64,000 nucleotides of DNA. Source: Octopus bimaculoides. Lineage: Eukaryota. Below, in pieces: positions 51,223-64,000 of the stretch (its first letter is position 1; the number at the start of each line of letters is the position of its first letter). Below the pieces are notes generated by a model. The model was given only the letters and a program-made list of their open reading frames with translations, did no database searches and was not told the origin of the DNA. A program made the position numbers and the translations under genes. Location of the stretch: NCBI RefSeq assembly GCF_001194135.2, contig NC_068988.1, positions 19,723,961 to 19,787,960 on the forward strand. The letters run 5' to 3'.

Positions 51223-51438
51223 CCCCAGCTCGCAGAATCGTTAGCACGCTGGAAAAAATGCTTATCACTAATTCGCTCGTCGCTACGTTCTGAGTTCAAA
51301 TTCCGCTGAGGTTGACTTTGCTTTCCATCATTTCGGGATAGATAGATAAAGTACCAATGAAAAACTGGAGTCGATATGATCGACTAGTCTCTTTCCCGAA
51401 AATTGGAGGGCTTGTGCCTCAAGTCGAAAGAATTATTT
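51223..51438 (+). mobile_element. SINE family A
   Basis: GCAGAATCGTTAGCACGCTGG head, CTGAGTTCAAATTCCGC B-box and core. Confidence 0.88.
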
Positions 51439-54400
51439 AAATAGATAAACATTGAGTATAATAACTAAACTCATATCAAGAACAGATACCTAACTTACAT
51501 GAAATTCCTCACAATCCCATTCCAAATTTTGGTCAATATATAGAGTGTCCTACTACTGTCTATGCCTTCTATTCTCTTTGTTACACCGCTGGAGTGGTTT
51601 CTGTACTACAGAGTGAGTAAATGATAGTTTAATTCTATTTCGTGAGACGTGTACTCAGTCACTTCCTAAATTTCCTCCTGTCCTTATCTTGTCGCCGATA
51701 TTGTGTGTAGACCCACTGAAGGAATGAAATTGTCCTCGGTCGAATGCTTGCAATAGAGTGATCTTCTCTAAAGAAACAGTAAGTTGAAGAGGTCTTTAGA
51801 ACACCTGTGAGGACGTATCGCGGCACTTATTCTGCCACGCTGCCCCATAAGTTCCAAACCTGTTGAAATTAAATTTGCTCCTTGTCATAATGGATTCGAT
51901 AATATAGTACTAATCTTCAATTTTTTGGAATGAGCACAAATGTAAGAACGCTGGACTTTAAAATATTTGTTTTTGTTCTCATTATTCAAAGCTCGAATCC
52001 CACCGACTTACAGGGTTGGTAGGCTTAATCCGCTATTCTGTTTTGCATCAAAACGCAGCATCTTGCTTGCTTTCAGTAAAGCCCACTTAAAATTAAGTAG
52101 TCAGGCCAGGTGTTCGATTTTAGGGTACAATGCATCTTCTCTTTCTCTCCTACGAGTTTCGGAGGTCTTAGAAAAACATCATCCCGACTAGAAATTAAAA
52201 GAAAGATGGACGTCGAAATATATTGAACACACCTTAGCGGGCTTCGATTTTAAATTGATTATTTATTCGTTATCTCCTAAGTTAATAATATCTCTGTGTA
52301 GGATTACAATCACAAAGGCTCCAACGATCTTTGACACTTGATAAGAGAAGTTCAATTACGTAATGAAATACAAGTCACCTAGAAATCAAAAGGTAATAAA
52401 GTTACAAATTTACGTTACAATATATTCAATTAAATATTCTATCCTGTTCTTCACCGTATCCTGTGCTTTCTATTTGAGTTTATGCAGTGAATGAAACAGC
52501 AACATTTAATATTACCGTTCATCGAATCAACTGATCAATGTTTAGTTATGCTACATCACACGACTAAACTCTTGAGCATTAAGCGCTTACAATGCTAGAG
52601 GCAATAATTAGCGAGCTAATGTCAATTTTGTTTAATTAAATTCCGGTAAATGCTTAGCAGAATACGCATTTACGCAAGATCGTATTCTTTTGTTGCGTAG
52701 CTCTATCGTAGAGTGGACGGAATAGAATTAAATATAAAGGAAGACAATTATTCAGCTGGAGAAAATTTGACCAGAGGGTAAAGGGAAAAGGAGGTGAAGC
52801 GAGAAAGTAAAGTGGAACACCTAAGGAAAGAGGGAGTGCTTGAGGAAAATATCTATGGAATAGCTAGTTTGGAGAGCCATAGAAGAGGCAAATATTATAA
52901 TGAAAGAGTGAAATATGCTGAAGAATTTACTTCCGCGATCATTTACGGTGACCATATTAGCTGCAACTTTAGAATGTCAAGCAAATTGCCAATCACTATT
53001 TATTTTGACTACTCACATTCGGCGTTCAAATCTCACTGAGGTGAATATTGTCATTCAAATTTCGTGATTGCTAAAAATATACCAGTCAAGAACTGTGGTT
53101 CATTTACTCGACTGAGCGTCGCAATAAACTGTCCATCATGTACTTCAGATTTTGACATATAGCTCCATCATCGCCGGCGCCTATCGGCGTGGTGTACAGC
53201 CGTTTCCATAGCCAATTTATTCAATTAGAGAAATTGAATTAAATTGTATATTTTCATATTGAAATTGGTCAATTGTATATTTCATCAAGGGAGAATTTAC
53301 CAGAAAGAAGTTGCATTCCAACGTGTTGGTTGATCTTGTGCTCACACATGTAAATGGGCTTTCGAAAACTACCGTTAGTTATATTAGTGTCTTAAATAAA
53401 TTAATCATATGTTAAAGCTACTAGTACTTCGAAAAGTTTCGTATTTTCATGTTTAATATACTAACATCTGTAGCTATAAGAATGAAGAATTCTTAGTAGT
53501 AATCATAGAAATATTAAATATTATATTAAATATTAATATTTCATCTTACTTACGAGGAAGGAGACGGATTTTTTCATGTATTCATACATGTTTATAGATG
53601 TTCAACTATTGCCATTAGTTATATTTCTATTATAAATAATTAATTATATATTAAAGCGACTAGAATTTGAATTTGTCGGTACTTCTCGTTTTATTACACT
53701 AGCATCTGTAAATATAAGGATTAAAGGAAGCTTAGTAGATATATCTACATTAGAATATTTATTAAATAGTAAAGATGTATAATTATGTTTTCTGCACAGG
53801 TAGCAATATAATTTGTGGTCTCTATGGATGGATGTAATTAAGCACGTTGCACATGAATATGTCGTTGATATTTTATGAAGTTAGAGATGAAACGTATTGA
53901 TTTTGTAGAAATTGTAGCTTTAGTAATTCAGGTTCTTTTATAATCAAATTTTTATCAATTGTATTTGCTAACGCTTACACTTTCCTTTGTATACATAGTT
54001 TACATAACTATTGCGCACAGATATAGATGATGCGATACTCTTATATGATAAGTAACAAGCAGTTTTTAATACGTCATATTTTTCGTTGTCTCCAATATTA
54101 TAACAAAAGTAGGAGAAATTACATGATGAATGTTACCGCTCCCTCTCATTCATTCTCTCTCTCTCCTTCTCTTTATATCTCTCTATCATTCTTTCAATCT
54201 TACTGTATAACACCTAAGGACATGAATTTGAAGCAGGTGGTAGCAAATTGTGAAAGGAAAAGTCTGCCTTTTTTGCAAGGATTTCTGTCCACCACATAGA
54301 TGCATTTGCTGCAATTTTCCTAGAGAGACATTGTCAACATGGTAATTTGTTTTCAGCTTTAACTGAATGGGTATGCTTTCGTTTGTCCGTTTAAAATTAT

Positions 54401-55097
54401 GCTGAGTTTCATAGTCATGTTTATATATAGATAGTTTCCACTTCTCCCATGAATAATTAAATATCGCCCACGCTATCATTCTATCACTCTTATATCTCTC
54501 CTTTTATATAATCACAATCTCTCAGACAAAAACACACACACTCACACAGGCGTTTTAAATATATATGTATATAAATGTGTGTGTGTGTGGTTAGAATATT
54601 TTGTATATTTGTCTGCATTTATATACATATATACATATGTGTGCGTGTGTTGGTGGTTATGCATACATACTTACATACACATATACATTCATACAAACTT
54701 ATATTTATAATACATATATTACAGGCATACATATAACACAACTGTAGCAGTTCAAAAACTTTCTACTAACTCTCAGTCACTAATTGGTAGCAAACAAACT
54801 AAAAATCAGAACGTACTACATCGTTAAAAGAGACCTTAATGGTTTCTAAGTCTTCATCAAACGTCTGCGATATATAATTGAATTTCAGGAAAAATAGTAT
54901 TGATTTATATTTTTAACGAACATATATTTTTTTTAAGCTTTAAAATTATCTATCCTTAAAAGAGATAGGTCACACACTTTCAGAGATTTTGATATTTATA
55001 CATTCATGCACACATTTGCATATATAAAGACGTATCCAGATATATACACAAAATTTGTGCATATAAATATATTTATGTTTATATTTATATACAAGCT

Positions 55098-55135
<38 letters not shown>

Positions 55136-56157
55136 GAGTGCATGTGTGTATGTGTGAGACCTGTGCGTATTTCTGAATGTCCTTGTTTCTGTGTATATGT
55201 ATACATAGATATATACACATATATACGTGGTACATATATGTCTTTGTGTGTGAGAAAGTGTGTGTTTGTGTGGGGCAGGGTGGGGGTGTGTATGAGTAGT
55301 TGCACTAACATCCTGCGCACGGAGCCTCTTAACTGACACATAAAAGCCATACCTACCTAGCAACACATGTTGCGTCAATCGATCAGTCAATCGAATATTT
55401 TCTGCAACCACTTTATATAATATAATTACTGAATAGTTTCCTTCCTATATCGAGGTGCATATATCAATTTGTATTTTTCGATAATTATTCATATACATTC
55501 GCGTATATTATTATTGAATTACAATAACTGCACGTGACGACCATTATTTAAAACGTCAACCTAATTAAAAGGCTTAATGGCTGATGCCTATTGGAATGTT
55601 AAAGTTCATTTTCCTTAATATAAAGACACATCCTACGTGAAATAGGCACGTCACAGGTCTTTGCTTCAGAAAGTGGAGTTTGGTATTTTTACAAAAGACT
55701 CCGCATACACACAAACACGGACGTACACACACAAACACGGACGTAGACGCACACACACACTCATACGTAAACACACACGCACATACGTAAACATACATAT
55801 ACCTCTCTCCCGACACGGACACACATACGCACACACAAACACGTGCTTATAAACGTAACGATATCCACGCTTTCACAATGCGTGTGATGGTAGTATATTT
55901 GTGCGTATGTAATTTTATGAGTGGTATGCATGTCCCAGATTGAAACGGAGGAATTTTATGGGCGGTTCATATATATATGAGGGCGTAGACACACCAATAT
56001 CTGATGCCAAGCGATGATGTGCGGAGAAACACAGACACCAGGACACTCACACACTAACAATAGCGCGCGCACAGACACACACATGCTCACAGACAGACAC
56101 ACAGACAGACACACAGACATACAGACAGACACACAGACATGCATACACACATACACA

Positions 56158-56202
<45 letters not shown>

Positions 56203-56204
<2 letters not shown>

Positions 56205-56359
56205 GACGGGCTTTTTTCAGTTTCCGTCTACCAAATCCACACACAAGGCTTTGGTCAGCCCGAGGCTATAGTAGAAGACTCTTTGCCAAGGTACCACCCA
56301 GTGAAAGTCAACCCGGAACCATATGGTTGAGAAGCAGCCTTCTCACCACATAGCCACAA
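56203..56359 (-). mobile_element. SINE family C, 5' half adjoining (AC)n
   Basis: Matches 29985-30138. Confidence 0.85.
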
Positions 56360-57274
56360 AGCATATACATTTTGGAGACCGTAGAATAATACATATGCAT
56401 ACATATGAGCATATGCACACACACACACACACGCATGCATACATGTAGACACTGTCAATAGTAAAGGTGAAGTTACTTAAAATGCATAATTATTTATCAT
56501 ATGCAGTAGAAACATTTATGTGTCAATACCATATATAAGTATGGAGTGACTATTTTCCACAATGTCACCGTGTCAAAATGCTGAGTATAACCTCAGAAAT
56601 TGCTCAACACACATTCAAACATATAATATATAAATATCTGTTAGTATTTACATAATATTTTTTATATGTCTGTGCGTGCATATGCGCATACATGACATGA
56701 GTTACTTAAATATCTACAACTAATTTTCATCGATTTTCTATCGAGTTCTTGACGTTTATAGAGGTTTCTTTTAAATTGTTCTATTACGTCTGTAAAATTG
56801 CTTCTCCTGCAGATACCCAACGCTATATCAATTAACATAAAATATCCGACGTCCATATCTACTATATTTTATTTTGTCTTAGCTTAATCGTTCGTCTTGC
56901 TAATGTTTTGTGCCACATATTTTCTTTACATCTTGACGTCAAATGTGTTGCTGTTATTAGACCTCATCTCCTAGAAGTTTTCTTTTGAATTGCAGACGGT
57001 AAGCTTAAACATTGAGACGGCGTCTGCGTATGTCCTGAAGTTAAATATATGCAATTCAATGCAGATTTATCGCATTATTTCTTAATGATTTGCTGCCTAA
57101 CATCTTCAATACATCCAAATAGAAAATCTTGGTACACGACATAAAACATGCAACCGTATGTTTGCGCGCCTGAACAGTGCCCACTATCAATCTCTTATAG
57201 AACTTGACCACACGCCTATATCAGCATCATTAATAAACAGCAGTGGTAGAAGTAACAACAGTAACAGCAACTGC

Positions 57275-57342
<68 letters not shown>

Positions 57343-57352
57343 CGGTGGTGGT
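57275..57352. repeat. (AGT)n microsatellite grading into (GGT)n
   Basis: Directly visible. Confidence 0.95.
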
Positions 57353-58543
57353 GTCGGGACTTGAATTTTTAATAAAAGGCGGGTAGTTTGTGGCAAGTGG
57401 CAATTCTGGCTGCTATTTCTAAATTGTAGAAACCCTCTCAAGCTGCTTCTTCGGAAAGATATACTGGGACGAAGCAGCAAATGAAATCAGTAAAACCTTA
57501 GCAGGTTGCAGCATACATACAGACTCTAAAACGGATTACTATTCACACGTGTTTACAGTTTCTGTAATAATGCTAATGTTTATTCAACTTGTAATCAAGT
57601 CAAATTGTAATTCAATCACATTATGTATATTTTACGTATATACGAAAACACGAAAACCGAAATGTCACAATTAATCGACTTGAGTAAATCTGCTTCAATT
57701 TATGTACATGTGTTCTTATATAAATATCTTAATTCGCTTAGAGTTGGTTGTTTACGAGACTGCTAGTTACAATCATAATGAACTTCATAAATTAATGTTT
57801 CAAGCCTGTTTACATTGAATTGATTTATTCATCTACATTTATTATATTATAAAATTACATTAGTTTGGTGAATAAGAAACTATGCCAGACGTACGTCTGT
57901 AGCAAATAATACACTTTTACTGGTGTTCCAGTAACCGGAATAACTTTATAGGACATTTCCCTTCTTGAAAATTGTCTGCCGTCGCGGAAAAGGAATTATC
58001 TAAATCGATAGTTACATGGAAATCATCTGTACAGAAATTTCTATGTAAAAATCTAAAAAATAATAATAGTAAATCTCATGCTGGTAGCTAAACTTAATCA
58101 AATTTGAATAACAGTGCTTCTTTCTTTATAGTGATGTCTTCTGCTACATCAGGTAATTGCCTCACCTTCGCCCACATCAGCCAACTTCAATGAAAGCGAT
58201 GATACTCGTGTTAGAATGAGATGCTTCAACGGAAAATTGTATAATAATCAATTTTCGAAAATCGATTAGATTTTACATGCTTCTTAATTATAACCAATAC
58301 TTGAATGTTTAATCATACTACACTTCAAGTCAATATAACACGAAGAAATACTGATATACATACATGCACACATACACACATATACATGCATATATATNNN
58401 NNNNNNNNNNNNNNNNNNNNNNNNNNNNNNNNNNNNNNNNNNNNNNNNNNNNNNNNNNNNNNNNNNNNNNNNNNNNNNNNNNNNNNNNNNNNNNNNNNNN
58501 NNNNNNNNNNNNNNNNNNNNNNTATATATATATGTATATATGC

Positions 58544-58607
<64 letters not shown>

Positions 58608-59286
58608 ATATAAATAGCGTACTCGAAGTCAAGTGGAATGTCTCCACTTCATTATGCAATTATGCTTAATTGCTCTGCACGCTTACCTACTTTCACTTTA
58701 CTGAAGTCTCAATAGTTTTCTAAAAAATAGTATCCGCATTTGGAACCTGATTCCTACTAACAAACACTCAGAGTTTAAGAGAGTAATCGTAATCGTCTTA
58801 CAAGATAATTACTCAGACAATATCGATTTCGTTTCAGAGACACTCGAAATTGGAAATAAAAGTTTTCTCTTCGATTTATATTGATATTCGATTTACACAG
58901 CTTTGTACAAAACGATTAAAAGGCAAATTTTATAAAATTCATGTTATCTGTTATTTTTTAGCCTTTTCACACTATCATCCTGTGTTTAAATAAGGCAGTA
59001 ATCATTTCATCGATTGAAGTAATACCAAGCCTGCAATGGACATGACTCCAATATCGAACTCAGAGGAAGGTGGGGATATGCAATATCTTTTCTTCACTTC
59101 TTAGTTGTCTTTCGTTTCTCACTCATTATCTTATTTACTTTTTAACAAACATCAATATTAGCTTCTGCTTTTCTTACTTTCATTTTCTCACTGCATCTTC
59201 GACCTGACAATAACCAACCTTTCAAACGTCTTTAAGAATGTCGATTATTAATGTCATTATGCTCATTACGGTTAGAAATATTCTCC

Positions 59287-59350
<64 letters not shown>

Positions 59351-59558
59351 CNNNNNNNNNNNNNNNNNNNNNNNNNNNNNNNNNNNNNNNNNNNNNNNNN
59401 NNNNNNNNNNNNNNNNNNNNNNNNNNNNNNNNNNNNNNNNNNNNNNNNNNNNNNNNNNNNNNNNNNNNNNNNNNNNNNNNNNNNNNNNNNNNNNNNNNNN
59501 NNNNNNNNNNNNNNNNNNNNNNNNNNNNNNNNNNNNNNNNNNNNNNNNNNNNNNNNNN

Positions 59559-59600
<42 letters not shown>

Positions 59601-59886
59601 TGTGTGTGTGTGTTTGACATTACCTCACTTGACAGTAAATGAATATAAGATTAGTATGGGTAATTCTTTCTTCTGGTTATGGCATTCATAATGTTGCCGA
59701 GTGCCGCATTTGAAGCAGATGAGAGGGTTTCAAGGCCCTCAAGTGACAGGAAAGGCATCTGAAACATGCAGTATAATATATATATATATATATTCACATA
59801 CACACTCACACACATATATATACACACATCCATATCTATTTAGATACCTACATTTCATCCTCTGTATACTCAAATAGACGAGCACA

Positions 59887-59887
59887 A

Positions 59888-59972
<85 letters not shown>
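59887..59972. repeat. long pure (AC)n microsatellite
   Basis: Directly visible. Confidence 0.95.
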
Positions 59973-59975
<3 letters not shown>

Positions 59976-62900
59976 GTGTCTGTGCATATTTATTTGTCTG
60001 TGTACGTAGGTATGCTGGTTGAAATTGCCCACGATAGCTTTTTACAAATAGATTGAATAAAGCAGTCAAATTTCACTTGTCATGCCGCGTTTCAGCTTTA
60101 GACGAACACAACTAAATTTGATTACGCAATACTACCAATTACAACCATAGAACATCGTCTTTGCATATGATCAGATGCTCAGTTTTGTAAAATTTTAAGT
60201 AGTTCCTCCCATTGGAGTAGTGTTGGACTGTATTATTTCTACAAGATTTTCTCATCATGTCTTTAATAAATATGTCGAGACCTATGATTTTTAATTTTGC
60301 GGATGTCATTGTTGAGGTCTACCGACATTTTGTTTCATCTTTCTTTGTTTACTCTCAGAAACACATCATTAAGTTACATATGAAACTTCATAACTGTCTG
60401 AACTAAATTTTGTAGTTGTGAATACATCTTTTGCACCGTACTTAATTCGCTCTTATTTAGTAGTCCCATATCTGCAATGATCAAGCACATATCTCGTGTA
60501 TTCATCAAAGACTGAATCTTATTTTACTGCATCATGCAATGTATATTACATTTTTCTGCTCTCTTTAGCGAGTCTAGTGACGGTCCATATACACGTTTAT
60601 TTGTTGGTTTGTATATGCATTGTAAAGCTAAACATTAGAGAGAAAGTGATAATAAAAGCTATTTCAAATTCAATGACAATCACATTCAGAGAGACACCTC
60701 ATTGTTATAAATTCTATACTATATCTTCAACTGACTTTTCTTGAATCATATATGCCCAGAGGTAGATTAAGTTCAAGTAGACCTTTGCAATCTCTTTTCA
60801 AAAGAAGTAAACGACGAACAAAGAGCACTAGCAAGCTGCTATAAAACAGAAATACCTGGAGGAGTTTTACTTGAAGAGTATATGTGATCTTCGAGTTTGT
60901 AAATTGGAATTTTGGAATATTGAAATGTGTAATGTAGTGCATTAGAAGGAAGTATCCACAAAATGATTGACGATTTCAAAAGCATTCTATCAGAATGGCA
61001 TGAAACTTTGAATGTGATAGGTCAACTTTAGAAAATATAATGAAGAGCAGTATGTGTTCTGCAAACCGAAAGGCTTGTGACATGTCTATTTGTTAGTGTT
61101 GAACTGGTTTATTTCTTTCACTCCTTCTGCAACTGACGTGGCCATCGGGCGGTTTTAATATTGACAATTGTTTTTCATACTTTCAAATCTGGTTTCCGGT
61201 TTGTTTGTTTTTTTCTAACTAGGTCTCTCCAACCTCAGGTATATCATAGCTGTTCTCTTTCCTCTTGCTTTCTTGTATGTCATCAGTTACCGCTACCCAC
61301 TGATTATTGTGTCCTGTACAAGATTTCCTGGATGACATGTAAAAAATCTTCAACGATACCAGTTATTATCAAGAAACTCTAATTTCAATCCCATGAGCGA
61401 TAAATGGTATGAATATATGAAGCCTACTTTTCTAAATTGGTTACTACTAAAGATTCTAAGATAGTTACATCGAAATCTGACATTGTGTACATGTGTTGCT
61501 TGAAGGGTTATAAAGCAACGATAGGAAAGGGAGTTAACTAATGACTATATCTTGTTCCAGAGTCATAATACATGTACCTTGATTTCAAACTTATATGTAA
61601 TGAAATTGTTCTTCACCTCTACAACTTTGGATACTATTGAAGAAACTTAAATTGCTTCGCTTACAACACAATTCCGATCTATTTACATAACTAGAATTGC
61701 TTCGACACAATTACCTGAATATAACATAAAAGATTACATGAATATAACATGAAAGAGGGCTTTAGAATGCATGGTTAAAACAAAATGTCATGAAACAGTC
61801 CGTTGATTTCTTCACTTTCATCATTCTTTATAGCAATTAGTAATAAGGAAGATAATAGGCAGCAATGGACAACTACGTATTTCTAACCACTAGTAAAAAA
61901 AGAATTTAATGTCCACTGGTAAAACAGTAACGAATATTTGAAATAAAGAAATAATAAATTATAACTATAACTCAATGAAAATGTGTATTTAAAAAAAACA
62001 CCAATCAACAAGAAACAAGATGAGATATAGGTCATGGTTAAAAAAATTTCAATTGTTGAAATAAGGTGTAATTGTTTGATCATCATTAAGAATGCACCGG
62101 AATCTCAGTTCACCTCACTCATCTGTATAGGTATATCGTTCTCGTGCTACCACACCCTATCATCCACACGTGATGATCAACCCACTTCACCATGACATCA
62201 GAAACTTTAATTAGCAAAAACACAATTATGTATCATCACCTACTTTAGTAATGCGAAACATCCTACCAACACATTTCCATTCTCAGTTCTGACATTGCTA
62301 CATCTGCCAGAACTATAACTGCCACCACACCTCATTTCAATTCCTTTTCAATGTTGAAACAAAGACGCATCGCTTCATATTATCATCGCTTAACCATCAA
62401 GAATAAAATAGCATTATGCAAAACAATTGCCGCAGTAACCATAATAGAAGGAAAAACTAAATGCATTAAAAGACAAATAACAAAAGCAGCCGCAATAAAA
62501 GATTTCACAACAGCACAAACAACCTGTTGTACACCAAGAAAAAATAATAGCTACTGTCATGACAAAAGCAAGCACCGAAAGAATCATAAGAGCATTAACA
62601 GCAACAACAATAAAAAAAAACAATATTTTAGTAGTAGTGACAAAACTTAATGGAAGTTTAAATTTAATTCCTTACTAATTTACTTTTGATGAATTTTTTG
62701 AAAATTTTCCTCTTGAACATCCGCAAATAAAGAGACAAACACAATACAGAAATAACAAAATAAATAAATGATTTATTGAAAATCAGTGAAAACAAAATAA
62801 CGAAGTTGCTAAATTACTGTTGCTCATGTTATTACAGTTATTATTTCGATATTCACTTTACAATTTATTGTTTTTACTTTATAAAACATATATAATTGTA

Positions 62901-63232
62901 CGCTCTTAATTATCTTTTGTATGTAGAATCATAATGGTGGCGAAATTTTCGCCAGTAATGCTCTTTTTTCGAGTGTATATTATTATATGTAGGATAACCT
63001 GATCGAATGTTACATTGAATTCGTCAGTTCAATTTGGGGTGCTCATGCTTACAATCTCACACACTTGCAAACATTACTTTCATTTGTCTTTTTAATGGTT
63101 TAACTCCATGCACTTCTGTTCTCCCAAGACAAGCTTTGAAGTGGTCAGCAGGCGGGAAAAAAATCAATGCAATGAGGTGTTTTAATTTTGGTACGTATTC
63201 CTATGGAGCCAGTCACGAGTGCGCTCCACTCT

Positions 63233-63387
63233 AGGAAAACGGCCCGAAATTTGGGGGAGGGGCCAGTCGATTAGAGCGAGCCAGTACACAACCGGTACTT
63301 AATGTATCGACCCCGAAAGGATGAAAGACAAAGTCGACCTCGGCGGAATTTGAATTCAGAACGTAGTGATTTTGTCTGCTCGCCGCC
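63233..63387 (-). mobile_element. SINE family A with internal deletion in the head
   Basis: Core GGTACTTAAT.TATCGACCCCGAAAGGATGAAAGACAAAGTCGACCTCGGCGGAATTTGAA is joined directly to ..GCTCGCCGCC. Confidence 0.85.
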
Positions 63388-63515
63388 AATATAATCAGGA
63401 AGGTATGGATAACTGAAAAGAACGAATAGTATGGTACCGTAGGCTGGAGGTAGGAAGCTCACAACGTATACAAGATTCCAGGAGCTCCAACAAAACCTGT
63501 GATAAAGAGAAAACA
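63388..63515 (+). mobile_element. R4-like ORF end and 3'UTR (same subfamily as 8069-8210)
   Basis: Shares ATGGTACC..GGCTG..CTCCAACAAAACCTGTGATAAAGAGAAA. Confidence 0.75.
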
Positions 63516-64000
63516 TATATATATAGATATACATATGTGTGTGTGTGTGTGTGGAAAATGCGTGTACGGCAGAGTGCTCGTGATTCAAAAGGCCAGCGTT
63601 AGCGCACCGTTTTCCTTCAGGATGCAACAGACCGTAGAACATTCTGCCACCTGCTCTATAATTCAGTTTGTAGGCAGCTCATTTCATCGTCGAATACGGC
63701 ACGTATTTAAATATTTATTACACTGTATATGCCTATTACAAATATGAGCTTATTCAGTGTGAAATACATTCTGTATCCCTTTTATGCTATGGTTTGCCGC
63801 GGATTATCTGTGTAACATGATGCTGATATTTCTTTCTACCCCTTTCTCTCTATTCTCCGATAAACTTTACACTGTGACATTGTCACTATATGCTCGTTTC
63901 CCTTTAAAATGAGTTGTTAAACATCAGTAAAAGCTAAATCTCAGAAACACCATATACAGAATCGTATGTCTAAGAATGTTGCTCTTTTTGTATTTTTCTT

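Noticed and set aside
52011-52187. Minus-strand segment with very strong acceptor and GTAAGT donor, and two in-frame TGAs (selenoprotein idea)
   Set aside because: Stops in all frames, no recognisable selenoprotein motif or SECIS; at most a non-coding exon.
56996-56998. Possible 3-nt microexon (TTGCAG ACG GTAAGC); also a 21-nt one near 58131
   Set aside because: Cannot be distinguished from chance without a host gene or junction reads.
59651-59758. Minus-strand candidate terminal exon MPFLSLEGLETLSSASNAALGNIMNAITRRKNYPY*
   Set aside because: Short, no recognisable homology and no supported upstream exon.
62351-62650. Overlapping ORFs, one Cys-rich and hydrophobic (62414-62623, minus)
   Set aside because: A/C-biased low-complexity sequence explains both frames; no splice or family support.

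Overview
An AT-rich eukaryotic window, essentially non-coding and dense in repeats, with many N-gaps that sit at microsatellites. The SINE families and restriction-like-endonuclease (RLE) retrotransposon fragments resemble those I know from octopus genomes; this is recognition, not a database hit. No host protein-coding gene could be recognised, and nearly all listed ORFs come from N-gaps or simple repeats. Supported content: about ten decayed fragments of R4/Dong-like non-LTR retrotransposons, an L1/Tx1-type ORF2 fragment, an RTE endonuclease fragment, a probable Penelope-like fragment, two mariner and one maT/Tc1-type transposase relics, about 20 tRNA-derived SINE copies from at least four families, and a degenerate tRNA-like unit. 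The most interesting pattern centres on (AAT)n microsatellites. R4/Dong-like fragments and an apparently non-coding ~600-bp element with no tRNA head (3 copies, called family F here) repeatedly lie inside (AAT)n tracts, and one SINE (ATT)n tail appears to have served as a target. There are also clear nested insertions and low-confidence chains of phase-compatible candidate exons. All translations, alignments and coordinates were done by eye, so repeat boundaries are approximate.
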